NCBI GenBank assembly: GCA_045047305.1 | Contig: JASFYO010000002.1 | Location: forward strand, 32,001-96,000 | DNA from: Planctomycetota bacterium | GTDB lineage: Bacteria > Planctomycetota > UBA1135 | DNA length: 64,000 nt | Reading direction: 5' to 3' | In this document: one piece after another, positions 41,033-49,597 of the stretch | How positions within the stretch are numbered: position 1 is the first letter of the stretch | Layout of the letters: each line of letters opens with the position of its first letter | Translations under genes and position numbers: made by a program | The notes under the pieces: generated by a model | Told to the model about the DNA's origin: nothing | The model's input: the letters and a program-made list of their open reading frames with translations, nothing else | Database searches by the model: none

Positions 41033-41869
41033 ATGACCAGCTCCCACGAATTCCTTCCCGGCCGTCACTTGGGCCCGAACACTGCGCCGCTTTTGCTTGC
41101 AGGGCCGTGCGCGATTGAAGGCAATCAGAGCATCGAGCTTGCGCTCAAGATTCAAGATGCACTCGAGGGCTTGGAGGTGCAGTGGGTGTTCAAAGCGAGC
41201 TTCGATAAAGCGAATCGCACTTCCACTTCTTCGGGGCGCGGGATTGGGATTGAACGCGGGCTAGAAATTCTGGCGCGTATCAAGGAAAAGTTACAGGTAC
41301 CCATTGTGACCGATGTGCATTTGCCGGAGCATTGCGCTGCGGTTGCAGAAGTCGCCGATGTCCTACAGATCCCAGCATTCCTCTGTCGTCAAACCGATTT
41401 GTTGGTGGCCGCTGGCGAGACTGGGCGTTGCGTGAACATCAAGAAGGGCCAGTTCCTAGCTCCTGCGGACATGCGTCATGCTGCAGGCAAAGTAGAAAGC
41501 ACTGGCAACAAGCGTATTTTGATTACCGAGCGCGGCACTTTCTTTGGCTACGGACGCCTAGTGGTTGATTTTGCCTCGCTTCCAGAGCTGCGCGCCGCTG
41601 GTTATCCGATTGTGATGGATGCCACCCACGCGGTGCAGGCTCCCGGCGCTCTGGATGGCAAAACCGGTGGCGATTGGAAACGTGCCCCACTCCTGTTGCG
41701 TGCCGCCGCGGCCAATGGCTTCGATGGCTACTTTATCGAGACTCACGACGACCCGCTGTCTTCGCCGTCGGATGGCCCCAACATGATTCCGTTGGAGTTT
41801 CTGCGCTCGACCCTGAAGGAAGCGCTTGCGATCCGTGCTGCCGTTCAAGGCGCGCAATCAGGCAGCTAA
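41033..41869 (+). CDS. kdsA: KDO8P synthase
   Basis: AGPCAIE, KASFDKANRTS, QIPAFLCRQTDL, DATHAVQ, SDGPN. Confidence 0.96.
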   Translation: MTSSHEFLPGRHLGPNTAPLLLAGPCAIEGNQSIELALKIQDALEGLEVQWVFKASFDKANRTSTSSGRGIGIERGLEILARIKEKLQVPIVTDVHLPEHCAAVAEVADVLQIPAFLCRQTDLLVAAGETGRCVNIKKGQFLAPADMRHAAGKVESTGNKRILITERGTFFGYGRLVVDFASLPELRAAGYPIVMDATHAVQAPGALDGKTGGDWKRAPLLLRAAAANGFDGYFIETHDDPLSSPSDGPNMIPLEFLRSTLKEALAIRAAVQGAQSGS

Positions 41870-41874
41870 GCCGC

Positions 41875-42648
41875 TTAGATTTTCTCTTCGAAGCGAACCT
41901 TAAGTCGCTCCATGATGCGACCAAGAATCTTCGAAACGCGGGATTGGGAGATCTCGCGGATTTCACCGATTTCCTTTAGCGAATAATCGAGAAAGAAGCG
42001 CATGAATAGAATCTCGCGCTCTTCGGCATCCAAGGTTTGCGAAATCAGCTCCAGCAATTCCTTTGAGTGGGCGCCATCATCCGGGCCATCCGAACGTGGA
42101 TCCTCGTAGAAGTCCAAGGTCCCTTCTCCATCACCATGCTCATTGCCAGGTTTTCCACCAGCTAGAACCGGGGTATCACGACCGCCTCCATACAAACGAT
42201 GGTAATCATGCAACTCCAAATCCAGAGCGCTTGCGATTTCAATCTCGGATGGTTCGCGTTCTAAGTCGCGACGCAGCTCTTCGACGACCACCTTCAACTT
42301 ATTCAGGCGATTACGCACTGGACGCGGCACCCAATCGTGCCGCCGCAGTTCATCCAAAATGGCACCCCGTACGCGGTACTCGCAGAAAGCCTCAAACGGA
42401 ACCCCACGTTCTGGGTCAAAGCTTTGGATGGCTTGAATCAAGCCAACATCACCGGCGCCTTCTAAGTCTCCGAACTCGACTGAGCGCGGCAAACGTGCTT
42501 TCACTTTGCGTGCTACCCGAGCCGCATACGGACGGTAGTACTCAATCAAAGCATTGCGCGCTTCGATGCGTTCGGAACCGCGGAACTCGGTCCACAACCG
42601 AACCAAAGTTTGGTTGGTGTCTTTATCGAGCCGAGCGCGTTTTACCAT
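41875..42648 (-). CDS. FliA/WhiG-family sigma factor
   Basis: FDPERGVPFE, RVRGAILDELRRHDWVPR, SLKEIG..ISQSRVSKI. Confidence 0.88.
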   Translation of the reverse strand: MVKRARLDKDTNQTLVRLWTEFRGSERIEARNALIEYYRPYAARVARKVKARLPRSVEFGDLEGAGDVGLIQAIQSFDPERGVPFEAFCEYRVRGAILDELRRHDWVPRPVRNRLNKLKVVVEELRRDLEREPSEIEIASALDLELHDYHRLYGGGRDTPVLAGGKPGNEHGDGEGTLDFYEDPRSDGPDDGAHSKELLELISQTLDAEEREILFMRFFLDYSLKEIGEIREISQSRVSKILGRIMERLKVRFEEKI

Positions 42649-42753
42649 GAAGAAGGATGCAAACTTGTGATGGAAGTCGCCCTCCCGTTTGCCGTTGTGA
42701 CGATTTCACGCAAATTGAATTGCGATTGCAAAGAAAATCGGAAGAATCTTCAC

Positions 42754-43200
42754 TCATGCATGCAATACCGCAGCTTCTGCGGCGCGCATTTCTCGGCGTT
42801 GTTGGTCGGTAGCATCTTCTAAACCTAACAAGTGTAGAGCGCCATGCACGACATAAAGCGCAACTTCATCGCACATGTCTATATTTCGTAGAGTTGCCTG
42901 GGCAAGCGCCATATCTAAATTGACTACGATTTCGCCGAATAGGTCATCGTCGTCATAAGGGAACGTGATGACGTCGGTTGGGGTGGGATCATCAAGAAAA
43001 CGCTCATGCAAACGGTTGTGTTCGGCCTCTCCCATCCACACAATTTCCAATTTTACTTTGGCAGGACCTTTTTGCAATTTCCACGCACGCGCAACAAGGT
43101 TTTCCAACCTTTGGTGCGACAAACCAAGCAACTGCGGATATTTCTCCCGCCCAACACGATCACTAAAGCCTAGCTCCGGAGCCTCTTCCGATGTCATCAC
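42754..43200 (-). CDS. ybeY: rRNA maturation RNase YbeY
   Basis: PTDVITF, GEIVV, HGALHLLG; follows phoH. Confidence 0.88.
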   Translation of the reverse strand: MMTSEEAPELGFSDRVGREKYPQLLGLSHQRLENLVARAWKLQKGPAKVKLEIVWMGEAEHNRLHERFLDDPTPTDVITFPYDDDDLFGEIVVNLDMALAQATLRNIDMCDEVALYVVHGALHLLGLEDATDQQRREMRAAEAAVLHA

Positions 43201-44153
43201 TCGTCTCCGTATGCAGCGACGACGCGCGCAACCAAACTGCTGCGTTGCACATCGCGGGCATGGAATTCCACCATGCCGACACCTTCAATTCCTTGCAGGC
43301 GTTGCATCGCATCTTGCAAACCACTACGCCCACGCGGCAAGTCGGTTTGACTGATGTCGCCAGTGACCACAGCCCGGGTGCGTTCCCCCAAACGCGTGAG
43401 GAACATTTTCATTTGGCCTTTGGATGCGTTTTGGGCTTCGTCCAAGATGACAAAGGAATCATTCAAGGTACGTCCGCGCATAAAAGCAAGCGGCGCCACT
43501 TCGATCATGTCCATGTCCTTCATCCGACGCGCAGCCGAAGGGCTCAATAAATCATTCAGTGCATCATAAAGCGGGCGCAAGTACGGATCGATTTTCTCCT
43601 CCAAATCGCCGGGCAGAAAGCCGAGATGCTCCCCCGCTTCCACAGCGGGTCGGGTAAGCACTAAACGCTTCACTGCGCCATCGCGCAGCGCACGCACTGC
43701 TGCCGCCACCGCGAGAAAAGTCTTTCCTGTACCGGCAGGGCCCGCGGAAAACACCAACTCCTTCTCGTCCAGCAAATCGAGGTAACGTTGCTGTGTCGGA
43801 GTGCGTGCACTGGGAAGCCCATCGCCTTTACGCGTACGAGTTTTTCCATCGAGTACAAGTTCACGCGGGTCCGCGCCACGTTCTCCCGCATCCTCAGCGA
43901 AGGTAGTGCCCAAGAGGGCATCGGCAATTTGCGCGGGCTGATACTCCTTGCCGGCGCGCAGAGTTTGCAACAAGTCTTCCACACGGGCAGCTAGGAGCTT
44001 TACCTCTTCGTCGCCACCTTGCAAGCGTAAGTTGCCGCCACGAGAGCTAAAGCGCACGTTGAAGCGGCGCGAAACCAGCTTGACGTGGCGATCATGAGGG
44101 CCGAAAAGGATTTGCTCCTCTTCGAGGGAAAGCAGCGGGATGCGGGTTTCCAA
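43197..44153 (-). CDS. phoH: PhoH-like ATPase
   Basis: GPAGTGKT, RPAVEAGE, GFLPGD, MRGRTL, DEAQN. Confidence 0.93.
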   Translation of the reverse strand: METRIPLLSLEEEQILFGPHDRHVKLVSRRFNVRFSSRGGNLRLQGGDEEVKLLAARVEDLLQTLRAGKEYQPAQIADALLGTTFAEDAGERGADPRELVLDGKTRTRKGDGLPSARTPTQQRYLDLLDEKELVFSAGPAGTGKTFLAVAAAVRALRDGAVKRLVLTRPAVEAGEHLGFLPGDLEEKIDPYLRPLYDALNDLLSPSAARRMKDMDMIEVAPLAFMRGRTLNDSFVILDEAQNASKGQMKMFLTRLGERTRAVVTGDISQTDLPRGRSGLQDAMQRLQGIEGVGMVEFHARDVQRSSLVARVVAAYGDE

Positions 44154-44194
44154 ATCTAATCTTGGAGGCGGAGCAAAGGCGCTCCGCAGGATGT

Positions 44195-45019
44195 CTAAGC
44201 ACTATACAAGGTCAGCGCCAAGTATCCATACAGAGCAGGCGCCGCCACCAGAAAAGAATCGACCATGTCGAAACTGCCACCAAATGCTGGTACCGCAGTA
44301 GCCGAATCCTTGGTCTTGCAACCGCGTTTCAATAAGCTCTCGGCCAAATCGCCAAACTGCGCACCGAGGTTGGTCACCAGGATTGCAGGAATCCAAACGG
44401 AAACATCAATATGGCCGCCAAAAGCCCAACTCGCAACCACATAGCCGCCCAACAGCGCACCGAGCACTGAGGCAACAGCGCCTTCCCAGGATTTGTTCGG
44501 GCTAACCTCTGGAATCAGCTTGTGCTTGCCGATGGCACTACCAACCAGGTAAGCGGAACTATCCCCGGCCTTGCAGCCGACCACCAACAACATGACCCAC
44601 TCCCATCCGTCGACGGGATCGATGAGGCGAATGTAGATCACCGAACTGAGCATCAGCGGCACCACAAGCCAGCCAAGCAAGGTAGAGCCAATCCGGGTGG
44701 GAGCACCCTCTACTTGGCGGCTCAAGACTTCGAGCACCAAATAGGCCACGATAAAACCAATAATCAATCCCCCGACTGGAACCCAGCCAAACCATGCATT
44801 CAGTAAAGTGACGGCACCAAAGAACAAGCCAACCCCTTGACGGGCGGCATGCCCACTGTTCTTGAGCATGGTGTAGAGCTCGTTTTGCGCAAGCAAAGCC
44901 AAAATACCTAGAACTAGGATGGCTGCGCCGGGGACCGCCGACTTATCCAACAAGAACAAGCCAACGATTGCGCTGACTAATACAGTGCCGAACCCCAAGC
45001 GTTGTTTGAGATCTTTCAT
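44195..45019 (-). CDS. cdsA: Phosphatidate cytidylyltransferase
   Basis: SPNKSWEG, GDLAESLLKR..KDS, multi-TM. Confidence 0.92.
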   Translation of the reverse strand: MKDLKQRLGFGTVLVSAIVGLFLLDKSAVPGAAILVLGILALLAQNELYTMLKNSGHAARQGVGLFFGAVTLLNAWFGWVPVGGLIIGFIVAYLVLEVLSRQVEGAPTRIGSTLLGWLVVPLMLSSVIYIRLIDPVDGWEWVMLLVVGCKAGDSSAYLVGSAIGKHKLIPEVSPNKSWEGAVASVLGALLGGYVVASWAFGGHIDVSVWIPAILVTNLGAQFGDLAESLLKRGCKTKDSATAVPAFGGSFDMVDSFLVAAPALYGYLALTLYSA

Positions 45020-45774
45020 CGGGAGCTTGGCTCCACGGCAGGATCGCAGTCGAGGACTTTGCCGAAGCGACGCACGCGGGAGTGGTAGTCGCGCAGAGCA
45101 TGCAGGAGTTGCTCGCGGCGAAAGTCTGGCCACAGAACGTCGGTGAAATGGAACTCCGAGTAGGAGGCTTGCCACAGAAGGAAATTCGATAGACGGATTT
45201 CACCAGCACTACGGATGATGAGATCGGGGTCGGGCATGTCCGGGTCGTAAAGCGAGCCTGCGATGGTAGCGAGATCCACATCGGCAGCTTTCACTTTGCC
45301 GGCCTCGACATCGGACATAATCTTTTTCATGCCATCGAGGATTTCTTGACGTCCACCGTAGGACAAAGCCAAGCGCAGGGTCATGCGATCACCATCCTTA
45401 GTGGCTGCAGTGACATCTTCCAGAGCGTCGGCCACTTTTTGGGGCAGTTCCTGCAATCGGCCAAGCCCTTGTAGGCGGATCCGGTTCTTGATGAGCCCCG
45501 CCTTTTCTTTTTCCAGAAAACTGGCGAGGAACCGCATGAGCCCTTCCACTTCCAATTTCGGGCGCTGCCAATTCTCAACCGAAAAGGCATACAGGGTGAG
45601 GTGTTCAATCCCCCACTCAGCAGCAGCTTCTACGGTATCGCGGACGGCCTCCACGCCGGCTTCATGCCCGCGTAAACGTAACAGCCCGGTACGCCGCGCC
45701 CAACGCCCATTGCCATCCATGATGACGCCGACGTGCCGCGGCACCGGGAAGTCGGGCTTCAACTCTTTGTTCAT
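45016..45774 (-). CDS. uppS: Undecaprenyl diphosphate synthase
   Basis: IMDGNGRWA, FSVENWQRP, RLSNFLLWQ, RRFG. Confidence 0.95.
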   Translation of the reverse strand: MNKELKPDFPVPRHVGVIMDGNGRWARRTGLLRLRGHEAGVEAVRDTVEAAAEWGIEHLTLYAFSVENWQRPKLEVEGLMRFLASFLEKEKAGLIKNRIRLQGLGRLQELPQKVADALEDVTAATKDGDRMTLRLALSYGGRQEILDGMKKIMSDVEAGKVKAADVDLATIAGSLYDPDMPDPDLIIRSAGEIRLSNFLLWQASYSEFHFTDVLWPDFRREQLLHALRDYHSRVRRFGKVLDCDPAVEPSSR

Positions 45775-47069
45775 GCAGGCGCGGCCGCTGGCACACATTC
45801 AAACAACTGATCCCGCCCAGGCCCCACCGATAAAGTGGTAATGGGGGTTTGCATTTGCGCTTCGAGAAACTTCACGTAAGCACGACAGGCTTGTGGAAGT
45901 TCCTCCAGGCTGCGAGCAGCGGTGATGTCTTCTGACCATCCCGGCATGCTTTTGTAAATCGGCGTGATCTTACTGAGACAACTTAAGTCGCCAGGGAACT
46001 CCGTAGTCTCGGTGCCATCTTCGAAGCGGTAGCCCACGCAAACCTCAAGCTCTTCAAAACCACTTAAGACATCTAAGTTGGTAAGGAATACCCCGTCCAA
46101 TCCGTTCAGATAACAAGCGTAACGAGCCTGAACCGCATCGAACCAACCGCAACGACGTGGACGTCCGGTAGTCGCACCGTATTCATTCCCCTGGTCACGC
46201 AATTGTTGTCCAACCGCGTTATCTAACTCACTCGGGAATGGCCCCGAGCCGACCCGCGTGCAATAAGCTTTACTTACAGCCAAGGCGCGATCAATACGGT
46301 TCGGGGGGAAGCCAGCACCGCCGGCAACCCCAGCGAGTCCAGTCCAGGAGGAAGTCACGAATGGGTAAGTTCCGGCGTCTAAGTCCAGCATCAACCCTTG
46401 CGCTCCCTCAAACAAGATGCGTTTGCCAGCCGCATGGGCTTTGCGCACCATGGCGCCGCCATCGACAACCAGCGGACGCAAACGCTCCACTTGTGCCAAA
46501 GTCTTTTCGAGCAAGCCTTGCTGATTCTCAGGCTCTACCGCATAAACTTTACGCATCAGGTTGTTCTTCTCCTCCATCGCTGTGGTGAGAAGTTGCGCGA
46601 AGTTTTCCGCGTTTAAGGCATCGGCAAGACGAATGCCGGTGCGCGAAACCTTATCCGAATAAGCCGGCCCGATACCACGACCGGTGGTACCAATCTTTCC
46701 TTTGCCGCGGCCGCTTTCAGCAAGGCCATCGAGCTGACAGTGATATGGGAAAATCAAATGCACACGACCGTCGATGAACAAGCGCTCTGAAACCGGCACG
46801 CCGCGTTGTTCGAGGCCATCGATTTCTTCGAGCAGCGCATCTAGGTTGACAACAACACCGCGACCGATGATGTTCTCCTTCCCAGCATGCAGAATGCCAC
46901 CTGGGATTAGGTGAAGAACGTATTTCTCGTTCTTGACATAAACCGTGTGGCCGGCATTATTGCCGCCTGCAAAGCGAACAATCATGTCCGCCTCGGCGGA
47001 CATGCTGTCGATGATTTTTCCTTTTCCTTCGTCTCCCCATTGGAGACCGATGACTGCGGTGGATGGCAT
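45771..47069 (-). CDS. purA: Adenylosuccinate synthetase
   Basis: QWGDEGKGK, GGNNAGHT, IGTTGRGIGP, EGAQG, TTGRPRRCGW. Confidence 0.97.
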   Translation of the reverse strand: MPSTAVIGLQWGDEGKGKIIDSMSAEADMIVRFAGGNNAGHTVYVKNEKYVLHLIPGGILHAGKENIIGRGVVVNLDALLEEIDGLEQRGVPVSERLFIDGRVHLIFPYHCQLDGLAESGRGKGKIGTTGRGIGPAYSDKVSRTGIRLADALNAENFAQLLTTAMEEKNNLMRKVYAVEPENQQGLLEKTLAQVERLRPLVVDGGAMVRKAHAAGKRILFEGAQGLMLDLDAGTYPFVTSSWTGLAGVAGGAGFPPNRIDRALAVSKAYCTRVGSGPFPSELDNAVGQQLRDQGNEYGATTGRPRRCGWFDAVQARYACYLNGLDGVFLTNLDVLSGFEELEVCVGYRFEDGTETTEFPGDLSCLSKITPIYKSMPGWSEDITAARSLEELPQACRAYVKFLEAQMQTPITTLSVGPGRDQLFECVPAAAPA

Positions 47070-47181
47070 GGTATGGCGGTTGGAGGCCAGTAGAAGGGGT
47101 GATTGTCCCCTCACCGCGCAAGATGGCAAGCGAAGAGTGCAATTCCCAGAAAACTTTTCCGGCAGATGCTAGGTTAGTTCT

Positions 47182-47841
47182 GTGTCCCCCCGCGCGCTCG
47201 CACCCGCCCCACTCTCTGAACTTCCCCTTGAGGAGCTTTGGCAGGCCCAAATCCGGCGCTGGCAACGACGTCTTCCGCGTGGCTACGCTCTCGGTACAGC
47301 TGAAGACATCTTCATCGCCCTTCAAGGCGAGTTGTGGCTGGAATGCTTGGGGCTTGAGCTCACCCTTGTTACCGCCACCAAGGCGCTGCGTCGGGTGCTT
47401 TACCGCGAACATGAAGTTGCTTGGCAGCACAGCGCCTTCCCCCTTGCGCAGGCGCTCCCCTTCCTCTGTGCCGCAGCCCCATTGCCGCTAGAACTCCCAG
47501 AGCATGCCCTGCCCTTCGCCGAAGCCTATTTACAAGGCCAAGGCTCTGAGGGTTCCTTACGCCGCGCCATGCCCCACTTCGGCTCCCGCCGCAAAGTGCG
47601 TTGCCTGAACACGCTCCTTCTCCAACACCTGACCGATGGCGCGCCGTTGCAAAACCTGAAACGCCGCGCTGCACGCCTCATGGCCTCGGTGGCGCGGGAT
47701 GGAATCACCAAAGTTCACGCCCAGGAAGCCCGTTACCTACGGCGCGCCCTACGCATGTTGGATCCATGCGCTGAAATCGTTCCACTACAGGATTGCCTTC
47801 GCCCCATCCTTAGGGCTGAATCGTCAGCAAAAGCGGATTAG
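47182..47841 (+). CDS. Hypothetical helical, Arg/Leu-rich protein
   Basis: 219-aa ORF filling the gap; TGC-TAGGTT extended -10 exactly 6 nt before its GTG. Confidence 0.55.
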   Translation: MSPRALAPAPLSELPLEELWQAQIRRWQRRLPRGYALGTAEDIFIALQGELWLECLGLELTLVTATKALRRVLYREHEVAWQHSAFPLAQALPFLCAAAPLPLELPEHALPFAEAYLQGQGSEGSLRRAMPHFGSRRKVRCLNTLLLQHLTDGAPLQNLKRRAARLMASVARDGITKVHAQEARYLRRALRMLDPCAEIVPLQDCLRPILRAESSAKAD

Positions 47842-49450
47842 AAATCACCGAATCGAATCCACCGATTCCACGCAAGAGGACGGCCTGGGTCGCCAAAGGA
47901 ATTAGGGGTGCGCCAAGAGGAACCGTAGCCGAGAAGGTGGCCGTTCCAAAAGCATTCGCAACCGCGCTACCCATGATGACGACTGGGTTACGCACATCGA
48001 GCGTAAGGAAGCCGAGCGCGCCTACCGTAGGCCCAACTCCTAGCCCGTTGAGGCTGTAAGTGAAGAAAACCGATTCCCCAGGGGTGGCACCGACCGCGGT
48101 CATGGTGAACACGGATCCGCGCTGCGGAACATTTTCACTCAAGGTGTGTTCGAAAAGGAAACAGTCGTCGAAGCCGTTCAGGTCTGCTGGGATGAGATTC
48201 GAAGCCGTGCTAGCGAAACTAATCCAAGTACCGTTGGCGCTCATCGAGGGGGCGAAAGAATGATGGCTGGCCACAGCTCCAGCGGAGTTACGGCTGATGC
48301 GAGTAGTCAGGCCTTCCTGCCTATCACGCAAAAGGATCTTCTGCAGTGCACTGCTGGGGCCGTCCACCAGGCTATTGGCGTAGGACCAAAAAACCAGATA
48401 GCGCCCGTGCGCGGAAAGTTTCGGCGCGCCCGAAGCGTCATCCGCAATTCCACCCGACGAGGACAGACTTGCATCGGCCGTGGTGTTTGTCACAAGATCG
48501 CGGGTATAGATGTCACGCCAAAAGTTGGTGTCCAAAGGGTCAAGATTGGTTGCATTGGTAACGAATGCCACAATCTGTCCATCGCTAGAAATGGCCGGGT
48601 CAGTACAGTCCCCATTCGATTCAGCTCCAAAGGAGCTCACCGAAACGCGCGTAGTTGTGGAAACACTTCGATCGCGCAGAAAGATATCTCGCTTGTTGTT
48701 GTTATCCGCAGTTACGAGATTGTTCGATGCGCTCTCAAAAAGCACCCGGGTCCCGTCTCCGGAAATCGCCACGGGGCCATCGGAAAGGAAATTGCCTTGA
48801 ACTCCAAGCGTGTTGATACTCATGCGCTGGGTAAGGCCAGCCGGGCGATCTCGAATGAAGACATCGAACATGCCATTGGTATCCCCTGCAACCAGATTGG
48901 AGGCATTGCTGCTGAAGGCCACGACCCCAGCATCGAAGGATAGCGCGAAAGTAAAGCTACCCTGATTCGCTTCACCTCCGGCAGAGGTGACACTCACCCG
49001 TTCAAGGGCTCCAGTCGGTATGTGGTATAGGAAGACATCCCAAGCATTGTTGCTGTCGCCTACAACTAGATCGGGGCTGGAACTCAAAAAACCAATCCAG
49101 TTTCCATCTTCTGAAATCTGGGGGGAGGTTGCCCCAAGCGCCGCGAAACCTCCACCTATGGCGTGGTCGACTAGGGTTAGAGTATCGGTTGCACGGTCCA
49201 GCAGAAATACATCGGCTGTGCTGTTGGTGTCACCGGCCACGAGGTTGGAGGCAAAGCTAGAAAAGGCGACCAACCGACCATCGGTGGAAACAGAAGATTC
49301 CCGTGAGGCGGAATTCCCCTCCAGGTTGGCTGGTCCGCGACTAACTCGGGTCGTGGTCCATTCACTTTGCGCCGCCAGTGGAAGTGCAGTAAGAAACAAT
49401 AGAGCGGGGCCGAGCAGACCGCAGTGGGAATGGTTCGTGAAGCAATACAT
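47810..49450 (-). CDS. Secreted TolB-like beta-propeller repeat protein with C-terminal beta-rich domain
   Basis: LPLAAQ signal; about 7 repeats SxDGxxVAFxSxASNLVxGDTN...DVF. Confidence 0.85.
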   Translation of the reverse strand: MYCFTNHSHCGLLGPALLFLTALPLAAQSEWTTTRVSRGPANLEGNSASRESSVSTDGRLVAFSSFASNLVAGDTNSTADVFLLDRATDTLTLVDHAIGGGFAALGATSPQISEDGNWIGFLSSSPDLVVGDSNNAWDVFLYHIPTGALERVSVTSAGGEANQGSFTFALSFDAGVVAFSSNASNLVAGDTNGMFDVFIRDRPAGLTQRMSINTLGVQGNFLSDGPVAISGDGTRVLFESASNNLVTADNNNKRDIFLRDRSVSTTTRVSVSSFGAESNGDCTDPAISSDGQIVAFVTNATNLDPLDTNFWRDIYTRDLVTNTTADASLSSSGGIADDASGAPKLSAHGRYLVFWSYANSLVDGPSSALQKILLRDRQEGLTTRISRNSAGAVASHHSFAPSMSANGTWISFASTASNLIPADLNGFDDCFLFEHTLSENVPQRGSVFTMTAVGATPGESVFFTYSLNGLGVGPTVGALGFLTLDVRNPVVIMGSAVANAFGTATFSATVPLGAPLIPLATQAVLLRGIGGFDSVISNPLLLTIQP

Positions 49451-49597
49451 GCCGACCATTATGCATCTTGATAGAACTTCTTTGGGATGCAAAACCGCGT
49501 TAATACTCGGGAATAAACCCCGTTTCAGGACATTTAGCCTTCAACCCTAAAAAACTTTCCGGACAGCCTACTGCTGCCAGCTATGGACCTTCCCAGA

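Noticed and set aside
42655..42700. c-di-GMP-I riboswitch (GGCAAAC plus GNRA hairpin)
   Set aside because: Lacks the GACGCAAAGC segment and has no room for the P3 stem
42696..42710. CRP or Rex site
   Set aside because: TGTGA-N5-TCACG spacing is one base short of either consensus
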